Positions 1 through 12,533 of a stretch of DNA of 64,000 bases are shown piece after piece. The DNA is from Octopus bimaculoides (lineage: Eukaryota). Positions within the stretch are counted from its first letter, which is position 1, and the number at the start of each line of letters is the position of its first letter. A model generated the notes under the pieces. The model was given only the letters and a program-made list of their open reading frames with translations, was not told the DNA's origin and ran no database searches. The DNA lies in the NCBI RefSeq assembly GCF_001194135.2, contig NC_068990.1, forward strand, positions 4,152,502-4,216,501, given 5' to 3'. Position numbers and translations under genes: made by a program.

Positions 1-721
1 AATATATGCCGTTTGAAAAGTATTTCTATAAAAATTTCATTGAAAAAAAAACAAAACATTTCCGTAAAAGTTACGGGGGAAAAGCTCGGATCTTGTGAAT
101 TTTCCGAAGTAACCGAATAAAATGTGACTTTTGTTTTTCTAGCAAACTTTGACTTTTTTCCGGACACCAAAAGATTAATCGAAAGCATTTTTTTTTTTCA
201 GAACCTCATTTATACTCTTGATTATCTACTTTCATATATTTCAATCGTTGCAATTCTTCCTGACAAGATATTCATTGATGTACCAACTTTGAAGGACCGG
301 TGTAAATCGTCGAAAATGAGATTCTCCTTTCGCTTTGTTTATATTGATTTCTCGACACGTCAATTCCTTTTGCAAAGAAATTCATTGATATACGATTATG
401 AAAATCATCCGAATAATCCGCTATAGTTGGAACCTTAGAAGTGACATTTTATCGTCACATTTTGTTGATTTTCTTATAATACATTTATTTATCACCATTT
501 ATATTTTATCTCCAGCAAAGTATATATACGAAAATCGTTATGAACACTTGCAATCGTAGAAATTTGCATTATTTCCGAACATCACTGGTAATCTTTCATT
601 TTTGATGGCCTGTGGTATATAAAACTTTCGCCATATTTTAAGTAAGGAATATTTACAAGATTTTGTTGCTAATGAAGATTTCTAGCATAGTAGAGGCAAG
701 ACGATTTAGTAAGAGCCGTTT

Positions 722-925
722 AAGATGGCGAGCTAGCAGAATCGTTAGCACACTAGGCAAAATGCTCAGCGGCATTCCATGCGTCTTTACGTTCTGAGTT
801 CAAATCCCGCCGAGGTCGATTTGACCTTTCGAGGTCCATATAATACCAGCTGAGGATTGGGTCGATGTAATCGACTTACTCCCTTATCCCAAAACTGCTG
901 GCCTTGTGCCAAATTTGAAATTTAA
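722..925 (+). mobile_element. tRNA-derived SINE, family A, diverged copy
   Basis: Homologous to the 10880-11112 copy: head GGCGAGCTAGCAGAATCGTTAGCAC, B-box-like GTTCAAATCCC, body GGGTCGATGTAATCGAC. CpGs retained. Confidence 0.8.
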
Positions 926-1367
926 AACCAATAAGACAGCCTTTCATCTCTTCTTGGCAGAGGTTTTGAATTGGTCGCCCATATAAGTTCAGTTTTCTTC
1001 GTTTTGACACGGATTTTTCAAAATTTTTCCCTACGCACTTCAAAATGATGTGTGGGAAGGAGTAGCTTTCGAAAATTTATCTTCCTTTTATCTCCTCCTC
1101 CTCGAGGTCAACAGGAGGGATTTTTCAATTCTTTTTTGCATTACGCCCTTAAAAACGAAGGAAGAAGCCCTTTTTTGTTTTTTTAATTTCAAAATCCATC
1201 ATTTTGGAAGTCCCGCCAACGCAGTTACGACAGCGATCGTCATTACAGCCATCTAAAAGAAAGATCGAAGAAAACACTGATGGACAGTTTTATACCTCGA
1301 TCGCTGATTATGAAGAGTGAATTAAATGGGTCAATATACAGTTTAAGCCGCGGTCACGAAAAAAAAT

Positions 1368-2237
1368 AAAAACCCAGCCTACGAGGTGTAAAATAATGTG
1401 TAGAAAATGAATATGAAAACAAAGCTTTGCGCAAACGAATGGGAGTGGGGGGAGAGGACTTTCGGAAAATTCACCAGATCCAATTTTTCCCTCATAACTT
1501 TCAGGAAAATGGATATTTTTCAATGAAATTTTATAGAAATACCGTTCAAATGGCACAAATTACGATTATAAAGTAGTTTCTGGGGAAAATGTTTTCCGAA
1601 GGGGCGGGGAGAAGATTTTGGAAAATTCACACGATCCGTTCCCCGCCCCTCATAACTTTCAGGAAAATGGATATCTTTCAATGAAATTTTACTGAAATAC
1701 CTTTCAAACAGCATAGATTACGATTATAAAGAAATTTGTGGGGAAAATGTTTTCCGAAGGGGTGGGGAAAGAGGCAACCAAGTTATACCTTCCTCTCTCC
1801 AATCGTTGCTGTCAATTACCAACCAAGACGAAGGTATGTACATAGTATGTCTGCGCAAATTTTTTTCATATTCGATTTTTATACATTTTTTACACCTATT
1901 AGACAGTTTTTTTTTCGCTTTGATAACCAGGCGCTAAACTAGATGCTGAAAGTTATGAGGGGAAAAAACGGATCGTCTGAATTTTCCGAAATCCTCTCCC
2001 CAACCCTTCGGAAAACATTTTCCCCACAAATTTCTTTCTAATCGTAATTCGTGCCATTTGAAAGGTATTTCTATAAAAAATTAATTAACACATCCATTTT
2101 CCTGAAAGTTACGAGGGAAAAATCGGATCTTGTGAATTTTCCGAAAGTCCTCGCCCCCACTCCCGTTCGTTTGCGCAAATTTTTGTTTTCATATTAGTTT
2201 TCTACACATTATTTTACACCTAGTAGGCTGGGTTTTT
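1368..2237. mobile_element. Foldback-type non-autonomous element: ~290-bp inverted arms built from internal subrepeats
   Basis: 1368-1662 is the near reverse complement of 1948-2237 (ACCCAGCCTAC..GGTGTAAAATAATGTGTAGAAAA versus TTTTCTACACATTATTTTACACC..GTAGGCTGGGT). The module CTCATAACTTTCAGGAAAATGGATAT occurs at ~1491 and ~1650. Related pieces lie at 1-115 and 2870-3280. Confidence 0.75.
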
Positions 2238-4795
2238 TTTTTGGTTTTTGAAAAGACCCCGTCAAAACGGAGAAAATGCCAACTTGTATGTGCTACTTAT
2301 CGCTGGTATGGTCATTACATTTAAACACGAAGAACAGCGAAAACAACACTTTTTCAATTTTTGTTTTCTTCGCATTCTATAAAGATAAGAGTACTCCTAA
2401 CCATTTTATAATCCGCTCTAAATACATTTTGAATCATTTAATGTTCCTAGAATAAAAATAAAAGGCATCAGAACATCTAAAACGAAATTATACGAACCAA
2501 CGAAGCCAATAAGTTGTCGATCATCCTACTACAACACACAATTAAAATATTTAGGTTAAATGAAAGAGGATCTTGGGAAAACTACATGATATGAGAGTAA
2601 CGCAATTCGACTAAATCTAAAACTCAACATGAAATATTCTCCATAGCATCTTCAGTATCTGCTGGAGTGGATCTCGCCGTGATATATTTAAGCATCATGC
2701 TGTTAAAGAGAATAAACTATTGAAATTGGTCACCAATTATTTTGCCCCACTTTAGACGATTTTTTTTTAATTGGAAATTATCAAACTAGAGAATGTGTGG
2801 AAAAAATTGACTTGGAATCCAACAGTGAAAAGAATTTTTTATCAAACTCCAGTGTTTGACCCGAGCAAAAAGAAAAAAAGTGCAATAGGTGTAAAACAAC
2901 ATGTAGTAAACGAATATGAAAAAAAAATGCGCGCTGGCGAACGGGGAGGGGGCAGGAGAGAGGACTCGGAAAATTCACATTGGGAATGTTCCGAGTCCTC
3001 TTAACACTTCACCATTCGTCGGCGAAATTGATTTTCTTCATATTCGTTTACTACACATTATTTTACACCTAGTATACTATTTTAACTTCAATTTTTGTGA
3101 CGGGGTGGGTGGGGCGCGGACTCGGATAATTCACACGATCCAGTAACCCCAGTCCGACACCCAGTCACAAAAATGAAAAAAATAGTGCAATAGGTGTAAA
3201 ACAACATGTAGTAAACGAATATAAAAAAAGGCTCGCTGGTGAACGGCAGGTGGGGGGGGGGAGAAATCAGATTATTCATTTTGCCCCGGCCACTTACTCA
3301 GATTTAGCTAAATGGACGGGAGTGACATGAAACGAAATACCCTTGCCTAGAGTCTCAACGCGCAGTTTGGTCCAGGAATCAAGTTCACGTCCTTACAATT
3401 CATGAGTCCAAAACCCGATCGACAAGCAATACATCTTCACAATAGCTGGAGTCAAATAAATCGACGCCAGTACTTATTTTTTTAAATCTGCTACTTATTT
3501 TTATCAGTTTCTTTCGCCGAAGCACTAAGTTATATGGACGTAAACAAACCAATATCGGTTGTAGGTAACATACATGTATTCACATGCATGTGAACAGTAA
3601 TTAAAATAAATATCGATTTCCTTTTAAAAAATAAATACTTTGTATTTTGTTTTTGAATGTTTCTAAGATTCTTCACATGTATTGTAGTTTTGAAACAGAA
3701 AACGTCATAATTCGAAGCAGTCATTCTACCAACAAAACATACGGGTCTACTTTCAGTTTCCGTTTACAAAATCCACTCACAAGGATTCGATTAAACTCAG
3801 GGCTATAGTAGAAGACACCTGCACGAGGTGTCAAGGAGTAGAACTAAGCTCAGAACCAAAAGGTGGGGGAAGCTAAATGGAGATAGAATCCCATAAGAGA
3901 AATAGGTGTACATAGTGAGACAACATGAAAAGGAAAAATCTAGAACCTTCTTGTTTGGTAATCATAAAGAAAAACAAAGTAGGGAAATAAGTAAAATGAT
4001 TTAAAAAAAAAACTTCTGAGAAAAAGACAAATAATGAAGTTGTAAGTTAGAAATTGTAAAAAGGAAAAATAAGAATTTTTTAAATCAAGAAAATAGAGAA
4101 AGCTAAACGTTTGTAAATGTAACACACTGGAAAGGTTACATTAAGGATTATTTTATAATTCTAATATTTTTATTTGAAGAATGATATAGTTAATTTTTAC
4201 CAGTCCACGTAGTAAATCAGTGACTTGTTTTTAAAGCTCCGAAAGCAAGCACTTTGGTAGCATTTTTAATACAAAGTTGCGCTCTGAGAGAATAAAACGC
4301 GTAGAGATTGTATTTTACTTCAGTTTTATCAACTGATTAAATATTTAGTTAATTAATGAACTAACTAATTAATAAAACTGAAGTGAAATACAACCCGTGT
4401 GTTTTGTTGGTAGAATGACCGCCTCGAATTATGACGCTTTCCGTTTCAACACTAAAAGCCATGTGAAGAATCTTAGTAAAATTCAACAACAAAATACAAA
4501 GTATTTATTTTTTAAAAGGAAAAAGATATTTATTTTAATTACTGTTCACATGCAGTCGCTTTTCATGAATGCAAAACATTGTATATAATCATCTTTTTAA
4601 GAGCTCTTCATCCAAACTAGTTATAAGGAATAAAGAAAAAAAATTTCATCCAAACGAGTTCATTTAATTTAATTATGAATGAAAACTACACTTTATGCAT
4701 TAATGGATTTAAATTCTTTGAAGTGGCGTTGTTCTTAAAATAAATCTAAAAGTAATTATCAAAATAAGCACCAGCCGAGCGGCGGAGTTAAAACC

Positions 4796-4805
4796 NNNNN
4801 NNNNN
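4796..4805. other. Assembly gap (10 N); other gaps at 27772-28087, 32823-33457 and 33836-33845
   Basis: N runs in the sequence. Confidence 0.99.
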
Positions 4806-5731
4806 TATATATACACACACACATACACGTATGTATACGTAGGTGTGTGTCTGTACTAGTGTAACAGGGAAATCTCCAGTTTTGTCTTCTTGAAAGTAGT
4901 GGTAGCTATTTAATATATATTAACAGACAGAAATGAATACTGAGATCTATATGGAGACGTAACCCTTGCCTTACCGCAGTCCATTGACTGAAGCCAATAA
5001 AAAAGTAAATGGATAAAACAATATTTAGTGATGAATTGATAAAAATATAGAAAAGTGATATACCCTGAAACTGTTCATTTGTGAAACGAGATGTCAGGGC
5101 ATACCGAACAAACGTAGGAGTCTTCCATTATAGAGACGTGTTTATATTGCATAATTTCTTTAGGAGACCCGCCATCAATCTTTTAGTTATTAGTTTTGAT
5201 AAGTATAATATTCAAGTTAGTTGGAATAAAATACTGATTTTACGCAGGTACAAATTTTCAAATCTGTACTAGAACCTTATGCTGCTGATTTTATTCATAG
5301 AAGTATTATAAGAGACAGTACCATCTTAACGAATGGACACAGTGCGTAGTTTCCTAGGGACACCCGCAGGTCGAGGTGGGGGGTGGATGCTAATCTATGC
5401 ATGCCATAGTCGCGTATGGCAGGAGTCCCAAGCCACCGGGCTGCACACAAAAAAAAACATTGAAATTTATTTCAATTTTATGCATTAGTCTTTAAGTTCT
5501 GAGTTCAAATTTCTCCAAGGGTTCGCTTTTGCCTTTTATCCTTTCGGGGTCGATGAAATAAGTACAAGCTGAGCAAGCACTGGGGTCGATGAAATAAATA
5601 CCAGCTGAGCACCGGAGTCAATGTAACCGAATAACCCCTACTTCCATATCCTAAAAAATTTCAGGCCTTATGCCTATAGTAGAAAGATGAAACAGGTTAT
5701 ATACGCGTCATATACGAGTGATTTTGTGTGC

Positions 5732-5768
<37 letters not shown>

Positions 5769-7942
5769 CAAATTATATATTTTGCACTTTGTTCTATTTT
5801 GTTATGCGTGTGATCCCGGTTCGTGGGAAAATTGCATGAAACCAGTCCGTGGTGCAACAAAAGTTGGGAAGCGCTTGGGACCCCTGCACTGTTTTCCTTG
5901 GAGAGTTGTAATGTTGTTAAAACGGCCCTAATAGAAGGTGCTCAATTTTTCTCACCAGCCTCGGAAGAGTAAAACTCAAAATCGACTCAGGAAGAAAGAT
6001 TTCAACTCATAAAAGTTAGAAGTCTGAATTAGATAGTAAAACGGTATTTAGTCCGCATATGTTTTACATATGTCTTCTAATGTGTTCTATTGTTTGTGTC
6101 ACTAAATGACAAAATTGACAGAACGGTAACAATAATTCACTTCAGATTCGTGTTGGTTTTTTATCCCACTAAGATCAATTATATAAGTTTAGATATGTAC
6201 TGGAATCGATTAACAGTCGCTCTATACCGACTATATTCATCCCATGTATATGTTTTTACTTAGTACTAATGTGAAAAGCTATTATCATAATCTAGAATTA
6301 TTACACATCAATAGAAATAACTTTGCGGTTTTCACAAATATCATCGAAATAAATATGTTGAAAGTTACTGTTCATTTCAAAAGGGGAAAAACCTACCTTT
6401 CTGGGCCGTTTTTTCTATTTCATCTGGGTTTTTCTCTTTCGTAAAAAAGAAACTTTCAGTGAAGGTGACTGAAAACAGTAACATACTTAAAATAATCCAC
6501 ATGTTTAATTTTTCTTCAAATCTTGACAATGTTCTCCTTTACTTCGATTCTTTATTTTAATTTTATTTTTCTGGTCCCAACACTAGGTCTTACATAGCAG
6601 AATGAATGTGTGAGTCTACTGTTACTAAGATGACGCAAATTTTAACAAAATCTAGTTGACACGTACTATGTGGAACTAACTGTCGTGTCTTTCTCTTGTA
6701 AAGTACAATGAGTTATTTGAATGGAAATTTCGTAAACATATGGATGCACAAACGGTCTACAAACTTGACGTCTTACGTTAATAATTGATAATTTTCTGCG
6801 CCAGAAACTTGATAACGGATATAAATAATTGTTTCTTAAAGATAATTAGGTTAAGAATATTTAAGTAGGGAAAATTTCTCAACCATGCATGCTTTAAAAA
6901 TGATTTCTTGCTTTCGTAGTCTACAAGTGAAATCATAGAATTCGAAAGTTATATTTATTCAAGAATTATTAACTACTATATATTCGACATACATGTCGAA
7001 TTTTTTAGACCAAAATTTACAGTAAAAAAAAAAAAAAGGTAGGTCGACTTGTACACCAAAATGGCTGAAGAGGACCAAAAATTTCATGTGAAATGCAGCA
7101 GGATTCGGAAAGATAGTAACGAAATTTGAATGTTTACACTATATACTATACATTTGGTGGTGGATGGGTGAATCAGCAAAGCTACTAATATTCAGTAACA
7201 GTGCTTTATGCTCGGAGTTCAAAATCCTGCCAATTTCGAGTTTTGCCTTTCATGCTTCTGAGGTCGATAAATAAAACATGGTTGATTTATATTACTATAA
7301 TGCATCTCAGATGTTAATGGGATGACTATCAAAAATGGTTGCTTACATTAAGGTCCTTGTTCCAATTCTACTGCCTTATGACATCTTGGCCAACTACATC
7401 TATCATACCTTTGAAGTGACCCATACCTTATTAGTGAAATTGAACAGATGGAACCTTTATACTAGCCTATTGGATGGATATATTTGTAATCCAAAGGTCT
7501 AGCGTTGCCACTCTTGTGTCACACTGACTGAGAATTCTATTAAGAGTACAAGAGCATGAGGAATAGTCGCTCAGCACGCTGATTCAATAGGCAGGGACTA
7601 CAGTACATTTATCGGTCGAAAGTGACGTGAAAGCCCATCATCATTATAATAGAAGACAAGAACTCACCAATCTTTTCCTCTTCTATCCGACATTTCAATA
7701 TCTGTTTGTTCAGCAGACGGGAAGGTGAACTAAATATCAGATTATCAAAATTTGTCTCCTTACGATCGGTGTTCAAAATGTAACCTGGGTTATCTTGCTT
7801 TTAGCCTATATAGGATTGGTCTACCAGTTATTTAACTACTGGACAACCCTAACCAAACAGGAACATGATCAAGTCGATTACAAATGCAATCATCCGTAAA
7901 TTTCAGAGGTCTGTCTACCATTATTACATCATCTAATGCTTC

Positions 7943-8337
7943 TGTAGTGACGCCTCAATAGCAGACGACATTTCCGGAAAGTTTATCCACGCATGCGCAG
8001 GGACTAGTTCCGGAAGGAATACAGGAAGAGTCTCATGCGCATGCGTGGAGTTCGACATCCAAGCTTTGGCGCTTCTTTTCAACCTCCTTCTCGCTGGCCG
8101 ACGAAGGGCCTAGACGTCGTCAACAGACACTCTCCAACATTCCAACTATGGAGCTACACAAATAACCATGCAACTTCATTGACGGCGTCTCAGTAACCAA
8201 AGGGCGAAGTGCTGCCGAATTCTATTGTAATAAATATTGTTGTGTTGATAGTTCAGAATCTGCGTTCCGTTGTTTCTTCAAGAAAATTAATGTACGGAAG
8301 CGGAGTACACCTAATGGTGTATAACCAGCTCCCTACA
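7943..8337 (+). mobile_element. Solo LTR, probably Ty3/Gypsy
   Basis: Starts TGTAGTGA and ends TCCCTACA (TG...CA with short terminal inversion). Exact 4-bp flanking duplication CTTC at 7939-7942 and 8338-8341. AATAAA at 8229-8234. Confidence 0.75.
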
Positions 8338-9384
8338 CTTCCTTTACTCATTTAGGCTTGGTTATAACAGCACCGTTAGGACATCCAACAATATGCTCGG
8401 TGCTATTTTAGGCACGTTCCTTTTCGTTCTGAGTTCAAATAACGCCGAGACGAATTTTATCTTTCATCCTTCTTGGACCGCTAAAATAAAGTACCTATGA
8501 AGTACGAAAATCACTTAATATTTTGATAATGCATCCCTGATGCGAATGAGATATATAATAATAACAATAATAAAACTGCGTAATTTGGGGAAGATTTCTA
8601 GCCAAGTTTGGCTTTGTAGAGGTTCCTCTATTGCCTTTCTTATGTACCAAATGTGTTCTAGTGTAGATTAAATTGACTGCTCCTTTATAACAAATATGTA
8701 ACCTTATATGATTCACTTCCTCTCTTTGGGTTCTGAATTCAAACACATATGACATTCGATAAAAGAAAATTCTTCTCTAAAGATGAGGTTATAAGTCCGA
8801 AAATATAAAAAATATTCTATGAACGTGAAGTTTACCATCGTAAAAAAGTGAAAGTAAATTTTCAAAAAAAAAAATAATAAAATAAATAAATTAGAGTAAT
8901 TTGCAATAAAAACTGGAAGTCATGACTGATACCAGAATTTTATAAAAAGAACTTTAACTCCCTCATTATGTCACGTCCACTGGCACTAATATTTGTTGTA
9001 CCAACTTGAAATATGTTGAGTATTTCAGAAATAGCATCAGAAGTATACCGTTCCAACGTACTACACCTAGCAACGAATACAACTTCAACAAGTGTTAACA
9101 TATCGTTGAAGCTTAAATAAGCTCATAACAGCTTGTACGCCACTTTTCTGGAAGTGGTCATATGACCTAACCTGTTCGTGCCGGTTGGATGCTTTAAGTT
9201 ATCCAATCAAACCACTTGCCAAACCAGTAAAGCGTGGTAAGATTGTCAACTTGCAAATCACAATTGATTTCATCTCTTGTTACGGTGAGTTATATAACTA
9301 TTATCAAAAAGCTTATTGCTGTGAATTACTGATGATTTTTGTTGCAGGTTTTCCATTTGGGGCTACCTTTGTTTAAGAACTGTT

Positions 9385-10790
9385 AGTGTCTTGCAACACA
9401 TTATTAGCCTTTACGGGCTTGTTTTCCTATTGTTTTGCCCCGTTTAGGGGCGAATTGCTTCAATTTTGTGTAGGCGGCGAGCTCTGGGAGAGCGAACAAG
9501 ACACGGAATACTCCAGTGATTCTGGAGAGAACACCGACGGATATACAGCTGCGGTATGCAGACGTCGAAAACGGTTTTCCATCAAGGCCGTGAAGAAATT
9601 CCACACCATTACAGGAGAAAAGCAGAAGGCCAATGTCCTGCAGGAGGAAGGAGCTAACGTAAGGTTAACTTCCTCCAAGGAGATAATGGAAGAAATAAAG
9701 AAATGAAGACGAAAACGGTGATATACTGGACGCTATCTCTGAAGACCAAAAAGATAGAGGTAGCGTGCATAGAAGAAATAGAAAAGGCATCGAAGACTAT
9801 TATGTATAAAATTGCTGGCACTACTTAAATACAGAGGTCCCGACGTAACGATGTTTTTATACTGCACACTCGTTAGGGTTTAGGGTTACGTCGGTGCGTC
9901 GAGACCTCTGTATTTAAGTAGTACCAAATTGTTTTTATAAAATGTGGAAAGAAATATGGTACAGTGGAGGCTCAGTTCTTAGCTGAGAGTGATGCTCGTG
10001 TCAACTCTGCAATCGCCCTGGACACCAATGAACTAGCTCTTTTGCCGACATACCCCGGCAAAAGAACAACAAAAATATTTATAGAAGGTTTCGCACCGGT
10101 AATCAAACCGACATGGCTTTTGGCAGCCGCCTTCGCTATTATAAAAGAAGTGACATTTATGGAGATGCAAGAGAGAAGTGTCCTGAACTGGTGTGACAGG
10201 GCCATAAGAGCAACGATTTAAGCCACACCAGCAGACATTGACAATATACCAGAATTCATCATTCTTCCGGAAGATACGAACCTGAAAGTAGCCGTACAGG
10301 GCAAAATTCCAAAGTGCTTCGAGTGCGGACAGAAGGGGCACATGAGAAAAACATGCCCCGAGGCCCTACAACCTGAAGCAGGGAGAAAAGCAGAAGGCCA
10401 GTGTGCAGCAGGAGAGTGGAAGAGATCCCGGAGGACAAGGAGAAGCAGGAAGAAGTAATGGAGATGTTCTCGACAAAAGAACATACTGTCGACTTCAACG
10501 TCTACAAAGGAAGTGATGGTGGAGAGAGAGAGAGAGATGGTGGCGACGAAAGGGGACACACCGTAGAGACTTCTAGTAAGGTAAGTGACGGTGATTTGGA
10601 ATGTTGCTATGTTGCTGGGAGCAAGAGAAAAAAAAGCATTCGTTCTCTCTCTCCCACAAACAAAAAAAGTTTAAAAACAAGATCACAAAATATCAGAGAT
10701 AATTGAAAATACTCCAAGAAAAGACAAGACAAAAACTGTAGCAACACCAAGCAAAGTTAAAAATAAACATAGATTTATGTACGTTTAAAA
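9385..10790 (+). mobile_element. Decayed retroelement with ORF1/gag-like CCHC protein; no RT visible
   Basis: The frame of ORF 9964-10221 continues through one TAA into ...VAVQGKIPKCFECGQKGHMRKTCPE (CX2CX4HX4C at 10315-10356). An acidic/basic N-terminal ORF lies at 9386-9706. Interrupted by a hairpin MITE. A-run near 10786. Confidence 0.75.
9822..9920. mobile_element. Small hairpin MITE containing TTAGGG-like repeats
   Basis: TACTTAAATACAGAGGTC (9822-9839) is the exact reverse complement of 9903-9920. Inner pair CCGACGTAAC/GTTACGTCGG. GTTAGGGTTTAGGGTTA at ~9872-9888. Confidence 0.8.
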
Positions 10791-10879
10791 AAAATGATCA
10801 TTTCATCTGTTGCAAACTGTTAAGAGGCGGAGAGAGAACGTAAGTTCGTTTGCCCGAACATGAGAAATTATGGATTTCT

Positions 10880-11112
10880 TATTTCTTTATTGCCCACAAG
10901 GAGCTAAACATAGAGGGGACAAACAAGAACAGACAAAGGGATTAAGTCGATTACATCGACCCCAGTGCGTAACTGGTACTTAATTTATCGACCCCGAAAG
11001 GATGAAAGGCAAAGTCGACCTCGGCGGAATTTGAACACAGAACGTAACAGCAGACGAAATACTGCTAATCATTTCGCCCGGCGTGCTAACGTTTCTGCCA
11101 GTTCGCCGCCTT
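10880..11112 (-). mobile_element. Young tRNA-derived SINE, family A, with 15-bp TSD
   Basis: Identical AAATTATGGATTTCT at 10865-10879 and 11113-11127. The minus strand has an A-box-like TGGCAGAAACGTTAG and a B-box-like GTTCAAATTCC. About 16 CpGs intact by hand count. Confidence 0.9.
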
Positions 11113-12533
11113 AAATTATGGATTTCTCATTGGTTGGAAATTACTGTCCATATACGAATTCTGAACTTCGTTGAAGAAGTTTTTCACGTGGATTCGTGTA
11201 TGAACGGTTATAAAAACCCTGATTTTCGGCAAACTCTCCAGTGATCGTTGGACGACCACTCAAATCCACGACACTCACCCTCTTGAGTATCGGCTAATAT
11301 TTATGCAATGTTCAATACTCAAATCTGACAATATTGAATTGTTGTGAACTCTTATAGCTAGAATGAAAAATTAGTCAATATTAAATTTAAGTCGTAATTC
11401 TCTACGACGAAATGACTTGTTTCTAAATGTTCTATAAATGCCAAAAAAATGTATATAATAAATTTAGAAATTTAATTCCTTTCACTTCTCGTTTCTTTCA
11501 GCTTGTTGAATTTATTTCTGTATATTAATGAAACTGTATTTTTTTATGTGTAACGGTCAAAAAAATATAATCTATATCTTCAACATACATGCACGTAATG
11601 AACGTACGTTCAGCGTCTTGGTATGTATACATCATAACATTTACGCAGCCTAAACTAAGAGTTATGCTTAGTGATAAATACTTATAATCAAGTTATAAGT
11701 AACGAGATTATCATTGTAGCTTTTAATTAAGAAACAATAATATTTGTTATAACTTACGAATGAAAACATTGTAAATAAAGATATAGTATATCTCACACTT
11801 CAACGACCTGTTATAAACCACATAGAATATCTTTCTCATTTTTTAAATCATTTTCATTCGATGTTTTTAAAACCCATTTCTAATGTCCTGTACTGCCTCC
11901 TCTTTTAGTCCCTTCGTGGCCAAGCTATAAAGAAATAATTTCCTCTAAGCTAACTCCGGAGAGAATTGTCAGCAGAATACTTTGATGCCATGCCGCGTTC
12001 TATTCCCGCGCGCATCATCATGTACAAACTGCACGAGGAACCGATGTATATTTGCTAACAGTATTATTCATGTACCAGTTTTCGCTATCTTCTATTAGTG
12101 GAGAAATAAATGTGGCCGTCAGTTATAACCTGTCTTTGTATTTCTTGGTGCTCTTAATCTTGACTCGTTTGGAACCAAAATATAATCTTACCAGGGCCGT
12201 AGTCACATCACCTTTTCACCGCGAAAACTGGGTGACTTGACTCAGAACTGCCAATACGTCAGTTCTTCCTTTATGAAATATTTATATTTTTTAGCAGCAA
12301 ACCCAGTTATATTCGTGAATTACCGTCTGAAGTGTTGAGATCATAAACAGGCAATAAGAAACTTCGGTCGAAAAACTCCATTTCAAAACTGTTTTCAGCA
12401 GTTTTCTATCGGATAGCGTCATTTTTATTGCCTACTGCTAGAAATGGCAGTCAAATCTGGTAGTGGGATTTGCCGAGTTAAGTACCTGCCAATTTTCCGT
12501 CCTGTGCAATTCATTTCTAGTAACTAATACAGT

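Noticed and set aside
8095-8128. CCGACGAAGGGCCTAGACGTC inside the solo LTR
   Set aside because: Only a loose hammerhead resemblance; U4 and GAAA are missing.
10808-11410. Possible second solo LTR hosting the young SINE
   Set aside because: Starts TGTTG, but no matching CA end or TSD could be identified.
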